Positions 37,238-46,776 of a stretch of DNA of 64,000 nucleotides are shown here, piece after piece. The DNA comes from Candidatus Ozemobacteraceae bacterium (GTDB lineage Bacteria; Muiribacteriota; Ozemobacteria; Ozemobacterales; Ozemobacteraceae). The stretch covers positions 1,440,001 to 1,504,000 of the forward strand of contig OZ223236.1 of assembly GCA_965140445.1 (NCBI GenBank), written 5' to 3'. Made by a program: the position numbers and the translations under genes. Position 1 is the first letter of the stretch, and each line of letters begins with the position of its first letter. The notes beneath the pieces were generated by a model, which was given only the letters and a program-made list of their open reading frames with translations, was not told the origin of the DNA and did no database searches.

Positions 37238-38977
37238 ATGGCCAGATTAATATCTACAAAAACTTTGAAACGCCCTTTGGAATTAGTTCTTGAGGAAAAA
37301 GGAATTATAAATTCCGATGAAGCCGCCAAGTTTGCGGCTGCATCGATAGAGCAGGGCATTTCGCTTGAGGAGTTGCTTGTTAAACAAGCTGGCTATGATG
37401 CAAATATAATTTATTCAGCTCTGGCTGATTCCTATGGGCATCCTTTTACAAATGAATTTGTATCCCTTTCTGACGATGAAATTCCAGATCGGGTTCTAGC
37501 GGTTTGTCAAAAAGAGAAATTCCTGGTTTCTGCTCTGGAAGGAAAAAATATTGTCCTTATTACTTCAGATCCTTCTAAAATTCAAAATGTTGAACCATTA
37601 ATTGAAGCGCTTGGATACGAAGCGCAATTTAAAATTACTGTTCCAGCCAAAACCGAAATCCTGAAAAAGAATTTTGCTAAAGAAACTTCTTTTCACCAGG
37701 AACTATTTTCGGGCGTAAGTACACTTGCATGGACTCTTAGAGAGGCTGAGGGGGAGGGAAGTCGTGATGCTGATCGGACTCACGACATAAGCTCTGAAAT
37801 TGAAAGCTCTTCAGTTGTAGAACTGGTTAATAAGACACTTCTATTGGCTGTTCATCAGCGAGCAAGTGATATTCACGTTGAAACAACTCAAACTGGGGCA
37901 AGAGTAAGGTTTAGGATTGATGGCGTTTTAGCAGATCGTTTTGATCTTGATGTAACCACTGCTTCAGCTTTTGTTTCAAGACTTCTGATCATGTCTGAGC
38001 TTGATATTACCGAACGTGTAATGCCTCAAGACGGAAGCTTTAAGGTTACCTGCAACGGAGCTGATGTTGAATTCAGGTTTGCATGCATGCCCGGAGTTTT
38101 TGGGCAGAATATAGTTTTGAGACTTCTTTCGGGGTCTGATAGCAAAAGTCTTAACCTCGAAGGCCTTGGTATGCTTGATGATGAGCTAAGTTTGATCACG
38201 TCCGCCACCCATTTCCCCCATGGAATGATACTTGTAGCAGGTCCGACCGGTAGCGGTAAGTCCACGACTCTTTATGGCTTGCTTGAAACCATGGCTGACC
38301 CTCGTATGAAATTTATTACAATTGAGGACCCGGTTGAACGAAGAATTCCAGGAGTTCAGCAGGTGCAGGTTAGAATTAACCGAAACGAACCAGAGCGCTC
38401 ATTAACATTTGCAAGAGGTTTGAGAACTATTCTTCGACTCGATCCAGATGTAATTATGGTGGGGGAAATCCGCGATGCGGATACTGCGGAAATCTCAGTT
38501 CAGGCCAGTTTGACAGGCCATCTGGTTCTCTCTACCGTCCATGCAAACTCATCTTTGGAAACTTTGCATAGATTGCAAAACATTGGCGTTGATTTCCATC
38601 TTTTGATGAGCTCTTTGAACCTTATTTTTTCACAACGTCTTTTAAGAAGATTGTGCCCGTCTTGTAAATCATCCAGACCCTTAGAAAGCCATGAAAAGCA
38701 GATTTTTAAAGAGTTGGCTATTGGCCAGATCTGTAGTCCCCAAGGTTGTCCTGAATGCCTTGATAGCGGGTATCGTGGCCGATCAGGTATTTTTGAATTT
38801 CTGCCTATAACGGAAGCGGTCAGAGACTCTATATCTCAGAGTGGATTAAATGAAAGCTTGAATGAAATAAGAAAAAACAGATTAAGAACTCTTTATGAAT
38901 CAGCACTTCTCAAAGTAGCAAGAGGTGAAACTGATCTTGAAGAAGTTGAAAGAGTTTGCGGACCATGTCGGTTTTAA
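37238..38977 (+). CDS. GspE/PilB assembly ATPase
   Basis: ASDIHVE, RFRIDGVL, PQDG, Walker A GPTGSGKST, TIEDPVE, LRLDPDVIMVGEIRD, TGHLVLSTVH, CPSC/CPEC tetracysteine. Confidence 0.95.
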   Translation: MARLISTKTLKRPLELVLEEKGIINSDEAAKFAAASIEQGISLEELLVKQAGYDANIIYSALADSYGHPFTNEFVSLSDDEIPDRVLAVCQKEKFLVSALEGKNIVLITSDPSKIQNVEPLIEALGYEAQFKITVPAKTEILKKNFAKETSFHQELFSGVSTLAWTLREAEGEGSRDADRTHDISSEIESSSVVELVNKTLLLAVHQRASDIHVETTQTGARVRFRIDGVLADRFDLDVTTASAFVSRLLIMSELDITERVMPQDGSFKVTCNGADVEFRFACMPGVFGQNIVLRLLSGSDSKSLNLEGLGMLDDELSLITSATHFPHGMILVAGPTGSGKSTTLYGLLETMADPRMKFITIEDPVERRIPGVQQVQVRINRNEPERSLTFARGLRTILRLDPDVIMVGEIRDADTAEISVQASLTGHLVLSTVHANSSLETLHRLQNIGVDFHLLMSSLNLIFSQRLLRRLCPSCKSSRPLESHEKQIFKELAIGQICSPQGCPECLDSGYRGRSGIFEFLPITEAVRDSISQSGLNESLNEIRKNRLRTLYESALLKVARGETDLEEVERVCGPCRF

Positions 38978-40095
38978 AAAACATAACTGAATGGCTTCTT
39001 GCTAAGACCCAGCCCAACATCCTTGAGCTGGGGACTCATAGTTTTAGAAAAGCCATCGGAAAATATTCTGCCGAAGGGTTCAAGATTACCGAATTAAAAT
39101 CTGTTCCTGCCCCCGGAGATCTGGTTTTTTCAAGTCAGATTGGTGAACTTGCATTTGAGCATGATAGTTTTAAAAATACTTTGTCAGAGCTGTTTGAGGC
39201 TAATCAATTTAAGGAAAAACATGTTTCTGTTGTTATTCCAGATCAGGCTTTTCATCTTGGAACCTTTTTTGTTCCTACAGTTGCTTTAAAGACTGGTTTT
39301 CAACCATTGCTCGAAAGAGAAATTCAAAAAACTTCAGCCTTGTCGTTTAATGAATATGAAACCAGATATGAGTTTGGAAGAAAACAGGGCAATAAAACCA
39401 GCATTCATTTTTGTGCTTTACCAACCGGAACCTTACGTGAGATTAAGTCTTTATGTGATAGCGCTGGTTTGATTCCATTGTCTGTTCAACCTTCATTTGT
39501 TGGAGTAGCAAGTTTATATCGAAAACAATTGGGAAACTCCCATCATAACGTTACTTTGATTCATATTGGAAACGAAACCTCTACTGCAGTTATTCTCAAC
39601 AAAGACGGAATTAAGCAGATTCAGATTATAGATATTGGAATGTTAAATTTTAAAACTACTCTTGTAGAGTCTCTATCTATAAGCATGGAAGAAGCTGAAA
39701 GAATAATAGAAAATGATATTGTTCTTCTTGATGACCCAACCTCTGAGGCACAGTTTGAAATTGATGCTTACAGAGCGCTGGAGACACTATTTGCAGATTT
39801 CCTTAAGAAAATATATGGATTCATGCTTCTTTATTCAAACGAGAATCCAAAAGAAGTTGGATTTGCCAAAATTGTTTTATCCGGCGGAGGGGCAAAGTTT
39901 AAAAACATTGGGAAGCTTGTTTTCGCAAACCTCGGTATTTCAACCGCTCTTTTTGCTGATGAGATTGCCAATTCTATTCTTGATGCGTCATTTCCAGAAG
40001 GCAACTGTGCAAATAGTTTTTCAGGAGTCCTTGGAAATATTCAGTTGGAGCCCTGGCAGGTTAAGACTTACGAAAGGATTGTAGCTGCAGCATGA
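38965..40095 (+). CDS. pilM: PilM-like actin/FtsA-fold protein
   Basis: LELGTHSF, LIHIGNETS, IDIG...F, IVLSGGGAK; follows the ATPase. Confidence 0.75.
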   Translation: MSVLKNITEWLLAKTQPNILELGTHSFRKAIGKYSAEGFKITELKSVPAPGDLVFSSQIGELAFEHDSFKNTLSELFEANQFKEKHVSVVIPDQAFHLGTFFVPTVALKTGFQPLLEREIQKTSALSFNEYETRYEFGRKQGNKTSIHFCALPTGTLREIKSLCDSAGLIPLSVQPSFVGVASLYRKQLGNSHHNVTLIHIGNETSTAVILNKDGIKQIQIIDIGMLNFKTTLVESLSISMEEAERIIENDIVLLDDPTSEAQFEIDAYRALETLFADFLKKIYGFMLLYSNENPKEVGFAKIVLSGGGAKFKNIGKLVFANLGISTALFADEIANSILDASFPEGNCANSFSGVLGNIQLEPWQVKTYERIVAAA

Positions 40096-40673
40096 CCACA
40101 AGCTTTGAGTTCATTAAAAGAGATGAAAGACGAATCGCTATTCCCAGACCCGCGATTATTGTATTCCTCTCTTCTGTATTAATTTTTGTGGTAATGAATC
40201 TGAGCATGCGCTGGTATTCTAGCAATCTGCAAAAAGAATTTCAAAAAAAATCCCACGAAGTAAAGAATTTAGCCATGGAATTTTTGGCAAAAGGCAATGC
40301 TAAGATGCCAGATTCGGTGATTTTTGATCGTTTAAGTGACGATACGCTTAAACATAATAAAAATATGGGTGGAATCAGAAGTGCCTGGACAACTTTCTTC
40401 AATAAACTTGAAGCTATTATGCCAGAAGATTCGATTGTGATTGAAATTCTAAATTCAAGAACAGATAAGCCATCATTTGATGCGGATGATAGATCATTTA
40501 AAGTGTTGATCGCAGTAAAAAATAAAGAAACTGCAAACTCTATTTATAGGGCTTTATCAAGTAAGCGTGAATTTGAGTCATTGAGTTTTACCCCTAAAGG
40601 GGAAGTTTTCTATCAGGGCCGAAACTGTTTGAGTATCGAATTAGCGTTTAGGTATAACGAAAAAAATGGATAA
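40092..40673 (+). CDS. pilN: PilN-like bitopic protein
   Basis: Short N-terminus, TM, coiled coil, WTTFFNKLEAIMPEDS; position in the M-N-O order. Confidence 0.65.
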   Translation: MTTSFEFIKRDERRIAIPRPAIIVFLSSVLIFVVMNLSMRWYSSNLQKEFQKKSHEVKNLAMEFLAKGNAKMPDSVIFDRLSDDTLKHNKNMGGIRSAWTTFFNKLEAIMPEDSIVIEILNSRTDKPSFDADDRSFKVLIAVKNKETANSIYRALSSKREFESLSFTPKGEVFYQGRNCLSIELAFRYNEKNG

Positions 40674-41229
40674 AGGCACAAAAGCAATAACTCTATTTCT
40701 GTGTTCCTGGATTGGAGCTATTTTGCTCCTTTTCGCTGGAGCTATAAGACTCCCTTCATTTTTAGCTGAGAGAACCAGGTTGCTAAGTCTTAAACAGAAA
40801 TTATCTGATAGACAAACCCTTGAAAATATTATGAATGGGTATTTAAAAAAGCTTTCTCAGGATATTGAATCAGTAAATTCTGAACTTGAAAAACGAAGAA
40901 CTAAAATTGATGAAGCAAATTTTAAGTGCCTTCCAAATTCAAGAATCTCAAGTTTTCTTGATGAACTTCAAAAGGTTTTTACCAGCCCGGGAGTTTCTTT
41001 GGTAGATCTAGGATATAAAGCCAGACTAAAAGATGATGGCTTTGTAAAGCTTCCTTTTGAAGCTAGAACTAGATGCTCTTATCAGGGGCTTAGGCGATTA
41101 ATACACGCTCTGGAAACAAATGGGGCGGGAATTAAAATTGAAAAGTTAGAGTTTCTAAGTCTGGATGACGAAGAGCATCAGATTCAGTTAAAAATGAATT
41201 GCTCTGTAAGGTTTGAAATAGTTGGCTGA
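40666..41229 (+). CDS. pilO: PilO-like bitopic protein
   Basis: TM, coiled coil, LPNSRISSFLDEL, KLPF...SYQGLRRLIHALE. Confidence 0.72.
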   Translation: MDKGTKAITLFLCSWIGAILLLFAGAIRLPSFLAERTRLLSLKQKLSDRQTLENIMNGYLKKLSQDIESVNSELEKRRTKIDEANFKCLPNSRISSFLDELQKVFTSPGVSLVDLGYKARLKDDGFVKLPFEARTRCSYQGLRRLIHALETNGAGIKIEKLEFLSLDDEEHQIQLKMNCSVRFEIVG

Positions 41230-41980
41230 AAAAGAACAAAAGAATAAAAGAATGATTGCAGGCGTTGCTTTTCTGGCAGTGCTTGTTTTTGCCAACCTTT
41301 TTGTGCATGGTCGCAGGGCTTTAAATAAAAAAACTCCTGTAACGCAAAGCCAAAGTGGTGCCAGTCAGAATACAAATCAGGTATCTGCAGTAACTCCTGT
41401 TGATAAACCTGTTGAAAATAGTCAGTTACCAGCGATTAATATTCTTGAAATTCCAGATGACCCGGAACTGGATATTAAAAATAAAATTAAATTTCTTGAT
41501 GAACAATTTGCTAAAATCAAGGCCAGACTGAATGAGATTCCTGAACCGGTATCTCCACCGGACATAAGTGTAGATCTGATTCTGGCAAGAAAAGATCTTT
41601 TCAAATGGGAGAATCTTCCGGAGGGGAATACTGTTTCAGAAAATCCCATTGCTGCACGCCCCGTTGCGACTTCAACTGTGCCATTACAGCTGTTAGGTGA
41701 ATTCACTGCAAGTGGTAAAAAGAAACTGCTGGTAAAAGATGAATCCAGGGTATTTCTTGTGGTGGAGAATGAAGAACCTGACGATGATAAAATCCAATTG
41801 GTTTCATATTCCGGAAATGAGTTTTCAATTCGTGACATTAATGGAAAGACACATATAATTAGAAGCGAAAGAGCCGAAAAAGATCGGTTGAATAAAATTG
41901 TTCGTTTGCTTAAAAAGGGAAACTTTCAATCCAGTTACCAGATAAATGAAATGCCCGAAAAGTCTGAGTCAGAAAAATAG
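41222..41980 (+). CDS. PilP/GspC-like membrane-anchored protein
   Basis: N-terminal TM, low-complexity linker, KDLF...LQLLGEF beta domain; position after pilO. Confidence 0.45.
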   Translation: MAEKEQKNKRMIAGVAFLAVLVFANLFVHGRRALNKKTPVTQSQSGASQNTNQVSAVTPVDKPVENSQLPAINILEIPDDPELDIKNKIKFLDEQFAKIKARLNEIPEPVSPPDISVDLILARKDLFKWENLPEGNTVSENPIAARPVATSTVPLQLLGEFTASGKKKLLVKDESRVFLVVENEEPDDDKIQLVSYSGNEFSIRDINGKTHIIRSERAEKDRLNKIVRLLKKGNFQSSYQINEMPEKSESEK

Positions 41981-42005
41981 GCTTTAGGTAGGATGTTGCT
42001 TTCTT

Positions 42006-43214
42006 ATGACTAAATATACTGTAAAAGTTCAGAACTCCGATGGAACCATTGACCTTGTCTCAGTCGAGGCTAATGATACCAATGAAGCTATGGAGCAATT
42101 AAACCAGCAAGGTAGATTGGCCATAGATGCGACTGAAGAGCCTGAAGTTTCTTTCAGTTTCTCTTTTGGAAGAGTTCCAGATTCAGAGTTGTATCACTTT
42201 ACAAGGCTGTTTGCCACTTTAACCAGGGCTGGTGTTCCCATTCTTGAAACTCTGGAGATGCTTGTTGACAGGGTAAATAACGCCAAAATGCAACAGGGCT
42301 TGCGAGAAATTGCACAGAATGTAAAAGCGGGAACGGGGTTGACCCCATCGTTTGCAAAACAGAACAGTATTTTTGATAAAACTTATCTGCAGCTTCTTGA
42401 GGTCGGTGAAGAATCCGGAAACCTCCCGCAGGTGCTTGATCGAATAACTCAACTTCTTAGAAAACGTATTCAGTTGCGCAGTATGATTGTTAAAGCTCTT
42501 ACCTACCCAATGCTGGTAATGGTTTTATCAGCCGTGGTTGTTACTGCTATCTTGATTAAGATTGTTCCGCGGTTTAAAGACATTTATTCAAAATTTGGTG
42601 GCGAGTTGCCATTCATAACTAAACTTACCCTTGGTGCCAGCGATGTATTAATTGGATATTTTCCGATTGTTCTGGTTGCTGCAGTAATTTTTCTTATATT
42701 ATTTACCCTCGGAAAGAAAACCGAAGTTGGGAAGAGGCTTTATGACCGGTTGATTCTTAGTTTGCCCTTGCTGGGGCAGATGTTTCACACTTACGAGATT
42801 GCCGGTTTTTCAAAAAGTTTCTCAATGCTTGTTCACAGCGGAATAACTGTTACTGGCGCTTTGGATCTTATTCAGCATGCGGTTGAACGTTATCAGATCA
42901 GCGAAGCTTTAAAGCAAGCCAATGATTTAATAAAGAATGGGAAGAGCATTTCAGACAGTTTTGATGCTCAAGCACCATGGCTACCCGAATTACTCAATAG
43001 AATGGTCGCAGTAGGTGAAAGAAGCGGAAACTTGCCTGAGATGCTGGATCATGTTGCAGATTTTTACGAAGAAGAGTTTAATAATAAGGTCGAGACGCTT
43101 GCTTCGCTTATTGAACCAATGCTGATTGTGTTCCTTGGAGTAGTTATCGGGGGAATCGTTGTTTCTCTTTATCTGCCGATCTTCGGAATGGCCAGATTAA
43201 TTTCGCAGAGGTAG
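42006..43214 (+). CDS. pilC: PilC/GspF platform protein
   Basis: FTRLFATLTRAGVPI, VGEESGNL, KALTYP, VGERSGNL, LIEPMLIV...LYLPIF. Confidence 0.93.
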   Translation: MTKYTVKVQNSDGTIDLVSVEANDTNEAMEQLNQQGRLAIDATEEPEVSFSFSFGRVPDSELYHFTRLFATLTRAGVPILETLEMLVDRVNNAKMQQGLREIAQNVKAGTGLTPSFAKQNSIFDKTYLQLLEVGEESGNLPQVLDRITQLLRKRIQLRSMIVKALTYPMLVMVLSAVVVTAILIKIVPRFKDIYSKFGGELPFITKLTLGASDVLIGYFPIVLVAAVIFLILFTLGKKTEVGKRLYDRLILSLPLLGQMFHTYEIAGFSKSFSMLVHSGITVTGALDLIQHAVERYQISEALKQANDLIKNGKSISDSFDAQAPWLPELLNRMVAVGERSGNLPEMLDHVADFYEEEFNNKVETLASLIEPMLIVFLGVVIGGIVVSLYLPIFGMARLISQR

Positions 43215-43219
43215 CAGGA

Positions 43220-44563
43220 ATGGAAATCGCGGAAATTCGCCAGTTGATCAGGCTTGGCAAGCCCAAGCTAATTCTCCATGCGCTTTTTGAATGGGAGAAG
43301 AGTTTTCCTAACGAGCCAGAGCCGCTAATTGATGTTCTCAAATGCGAAAATCAGGAAGTTCTTGAAGTGGCTTTTATCTTTGCTGCCAAAATACAGCCTT
43401 TAGCTTGCGCTCCTTTCGTGATAAATCATCTTAAGAATTCTAACCACACAATAAGGCGTCTTGCCGTTCAGGCTCTCGTTCCTGAAATGGGAAAGTCTGT
43501 TTTTGAAGCGCTTAGATCTCTTTTACGATCAGAGAAAAATGAATATGTCCTGGCTTCTGCTGTTACTGCTGCTGCCAGACTAAATCAGCCGATTCAGATA
43601 ATTCAGGAATTTTTAAAGCATAAAGACATTCGTGTAAGGGCAAACACAGTTAGAGCTATTGCCAAAATTGGTTGTGCAAAATTGCGTGAATTGATTGAAC
43701 CTTGTTTAAAAGATAAAGCTCTTCGTGTGCAAAACGAAGCTATTAAAGCCTTATTGGGAATGATTCCAAATTCAGATCTTGAGGCCTTGCTCCGAAAACG
43801 TTTGAAGTCACCTGAAGTGAGCGTCAGAGCTTCGACAGCGTTTCTTATCGGAGAATTGGAAATTCCTCAACGAATTCAACTCCTAACCATAGCAATGGGT
43901 GATAATGAGTTAAGTGTAAGATTATGTGCTGGAAGGGCAATCTTGGCAACCAATGACCCAGATGGCATTAGCTTTGTTCTCGAAAGTTATTTCGAAAAAG
44001 ATGATTATGAATTTTCAGCTGGAATCAGGATGGATATTTTAAAACTTCCGGTTAATTTTATCAAATCAGCAATAGAAGAACTGGGAGAGCCAGAAACAAT
44101 TGATTTTAAAAGGGCAAAGCTTGTTTTAAACCTCATTCAAAAAATCCCGGACAAAGAGCCTTTTTTGCATTGGATTATCGCTTCAACAGGCAGAAATGAA
44201 GTTGAATTGAGAAAGATTGGCTTTTTAATTGTTGCTGAAAAAATTGAATTTTTCCAAAGTAGATTAGATTCTCTACTGGAAAAAGCAGATAGATTTGCTG
44301 CACCAGACGACAAAGCTATGGCTAATTACGTGCGATGGAAAGCCGGGAATACATTGGGATTAGAGAACCTTAAAGAAATGGTGAATTCAGGAAAACCAGT
44401 CATGATAAGAGCAGCTTACGAGATTTTAAGTATAGATAAGTCTTTGATTGCCCGTGAAATTATTTCTGAAGCTAAAAAAAGTGGTTACATTGCCAGTGTA
44501 GAAACGAAGCCTGAAGATAAAGATTCGGACCTGTTAAAGCCCATTAAATTGCCAAAGTTTTAA
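43220..44563 (+). CDS. HEAT-repeat protein
   Basis: HKDIRVRANTVRAI, KDKALRVQNEAIKAL, PEVSVRASTAFLIGE; 5 nt after pilC. Confidence 0.8.
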   Translation: MEIAEIRQLIRLGKPKLILHALFEWEKSFPNEPEPLIDVLKCENQEVLEVAFIFAAKIQPLACAPFVINHLKNSNHTIRRLAVQALVPEMGKSVFEALRSLLRSEKNEYVLASAVTAAARLNQPIQIIQEFLKHKDIRVRANTVRAIAKIGCAKLRELIEPCLKDKALRVQNEAIKALLGMIPNSDLEALLRKRLKSPEVSVRASTAFLIGELEIPQRIQLLTIAMGDNELSVRLCAGRAILATNDPDGISFVLESYFEKDDYEFSAGIRMDILKLPVNFIKSAIEELGEPETIDFKRAKLVLNLIQKIPDKEPFLHWIIASTGRNEVELRKIGFLIVAEKIEFFQSRLDSLLEKADRFAAPDDKAMANYVRWKAGNTLGLENLKEMVNSGKPVMIRAAYEILSIDKSLIAREIISEAKKSGYIASVETKPEDKDSDLLKPIKLPKF

Positions 44564-45040
44564 TTACCAGAGTTCGTAGGCAATTCCATTTAATCCGGTT
44601 CCCGCCGATGGTGGGCAACGAATATCCACAATAGGGCCAGTTATGGTTGTGGTGGGATCAGTTATTTCAACCCAGATATCTCCTGTTCCAGTCAGTGAAG
44701 TTTTTGCCGAAACCTCCCACTTTGTTTCATTAAACATTGGATTCAAAGGAAATCTGCGCAGATAAAATCCACCGCCAGCCATAGGCGTGGTTAATAAAGC
44801 ACTCATTGTGTTAGGAAAGCTGAGATTATCCTGGTGATACTTGTCGAGAGCACCGCGCATTTCTAAAAGGTTTTCTCGCATTCGGTCTTCATTTTTTCTT
44901 TGATTAATAATGTCCGCTGTCTGAAAAGTGACAAGCGAGAAAAGTAAAATAAGACCAGTTACTATAACTACTTCGACGAGGGTGAAGGCGGAGCGGTTCA
45001 AGGGTGAAAGATTAGTAGGTAACTTTGGGTGTGATGCCAT
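44564..45040 (-). CDS. Type II secretion-like pseudopilin (C-terminal NG-x-x-Y-x-x-W type)
   Basis: NRSA|FTLVEVVIV; EDRMRENLLEMRGALDKY; YLRRFPLNPM; IVDIR...GTGLNGIAYELW. Confidence 0.82.
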   Translation of the reverse strand: MASHPKLPTNLSPLNRSAFTLVEVVIVTGLILLFSLVTFQTADIINQRKNEDRMRENLLEMRGALDKYHQDNLSFPNTMSALLTTPMAGGGFYLRRFPLNPMFNETKWEVSAKTSLTGTGDIWVEITDPTTTITGPIVDIRCPPSAGTGLNGIAYELW

Positions 45041-45713
45041 CTGGTCTGGTATCTAGTCCAGATTTTCCATCTTGGGATGATATGGTTCCAACAGCCACAT
45101 TGTGTGTTCCTGCCACCAAAGCAGGTGCGATAGTAAATCTATATATTGTGTCTGAAATTTTTTGGGCTGTTCCTGCTCCAGTGCTTGGTCCAACTGTGAC
45201 CGTGCCCACAGTTACTGTGTTTATCTTACGGCTAAATGAAATCTCAACTGTTGTAGCATTAATCATTCTTGCGTTTGAAATTATAAATGGTGGTTTCCAA
45301 GTCACTAATATGTCGTCATCTACAGCTACACGAGCTGTAACATCGGTTGTGTCTATTGTGCTATCTGGTCCAGCTGAAATTATTGTGCCAGCAGCTGGTC
45401 TAACCACATACGGGACTCCCCAGGGGTCATTTGGCATGGCTTGTCCTGTGTAGGTTCGAAAGTCCTGCATATATTTTCCAATTAATGGAAGCATTCCAAG
45501 TGTCGCTGGTGATGGGTTAAACATCGTAGGTTCCAACTGATCATACATCGCAAGAGCCTTTTTGAATGTCTGGAGATCGGCTTCTGCGGCGGTCAGTTTT
45601 GATTGGTTAACGTAATCCTGATAAAACGGCAACGCCAATGCAACAAGAGCTGCAAGAATCCCAACCACCACCAATAATTCCAGTAGGGTAAACCCTGATT
45701 TTTTATCTCTCAC
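45012..45713 (-). CDS. GspG-like major pseudopilin with C-terminal Ig-like extension
   Basis: KKSG|FTLLELLVVVGILAAL; PNDPWG..Y...IISAGPD...DDI (T2SSG signature); extra beta domain PPFIISNARMINATTVEISFS. Confidence 0.88.
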   Translation of the reverse strand: MRDKKSGFTLLELLVVVGILAALVALALPFYQDYVNQSKLTAAEADLQTFKKALAMYDQLEPTMFNPSPATLGMLPLIGKYMQDFRTYTGQAMPNDPWGVPYVVRPAAGTIISAGPDSTIDTTDVTARVAVDDDILVTWKPPFIISNARMINATTVEISFSRKINTVTVGTVTVGPSTGAGTAQKISDTIYRFTIAPALVAGTHNVAVGTISSQDGKSGLDTRPDGITPKVTY

Positions 45714-45862
45714 GACATTTTGTATCGGTTTGCCGATTTCCTTTCATTGTTTCTCCAGACGGTGAGTAACGAATTGTTTATAATAATCCACAAGACCTAT
45801 CGGCCAACATGATTAATACCTTTAGTGTTTTTTTTCTCTCATTTATAAGATATATTCAGAGT

Positions 45863-46765
45863 ATGGGTAAGCGAAGCGGATTTGTTTTATTAAGCCTATT
45901 GTTGTTCTTCACTGTTTTGATGTTATCTTCAACTGTTGGCGTTCTCGAAAGAGACACCGGCTTGAAGCGATTCAGCGAAGAAGATCTGCGCGCGAACCTT
46001 GGAGCAATACGCCGAGGAATCGACCTGTATCGCTATAAATACACTGTTACTGCCCCGGACCCAGTCAAAATTGCTGCTTTAGATACTGCTCTGAATACTG
46101 GCGTTGCAACTGAAGTCGCAAACGTTCTTGCCAACGAAAGTTTTATCAGAGCAAGAATTGCTACTGGTTCAATGAAATGGCTCATGGTAACAAATCTTGT
46201 TCAGAATCCAAGTTTTGAAGACGATTCTGGGAAAATCGACTATGGCACCGTGGGAGCCTGGCGAGGCAATTTTACTGCCGATGATGGCGTTCCAGATGGC
46301 TGGAAACTAAATGTTGATGGTGCTGAGCAGATGATTAATATAACCACTAACGCAACCTATATTATCAGCTTTTGGGCCAGATGCGACAATGCCAATGCCA
46401 GAGCCAGATTAAAGATCTGGGATGGTGGAGCACTTCCTGTTTGTGATCTGGTCGCTGATCAGCAAATCTGGAAAAGGTATTACACTTTTTTTGATGTTAC
46501 CGCTGCCCCAATTGAACTAAAACTTGAGCTAGTTCAGGCAGGTTTAAATTCTGGCGACAAGGTTTATGTAGATGGAATAATGCTTGAAAAGTGGGAAGCT
46601 CCTGCAGGGCTTCCTGCCAGTTTTAAGCCACTACCTTCAGCATGGACTGCAGACTTCAATGTAATCCCCGCACAAGCAAATCAAGTTCTACAGGAGCGCC
46701 TTTTTAAAGAGCTAATTCCTCCCGCAGCAGATCCATCAAGTTTTTCATGGTGGTTTCAGTGGTAG
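45863..46765 (+). CDS. Pseudopilin-like protein with CBM4/9-like carbohydrate-binding domain
   Basis: KRSG|FVLLSLLLFF (no E5); EEDLRANLGAIRRGIDLY; NLVQNPSFE...YIISFWAR...WKRY...VYVDGIMLE. Confidence 0.72.
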   Translation: MGKRSGFVLLSLLLFFTVLMLSSTVGVLERDTGLKRFSEEDLRANLGAIRRGIDLYRYKYTVTAPDPVKIAALDTALNTGVATEVANVLANESFIRARIATGSMKWLMVTNLVQNPSFEDDSGKIDYGTVGAWRGNFTADDGVPDGWKLNVDGAEQMINITTNATYIISFWARCDNANARARLKIWDGGALPVCDLVADQQIWKRYYTFFDVTAAPIELKLELVQAGLNSGDKVYVDGIMLEKWEAPAGLPASFKPLPSAWTADFNVIPAQANQVLQERLFKELIPPAADPSSFSWWFQW

Positions 46766-46776
46766 ATTACCCCTCT

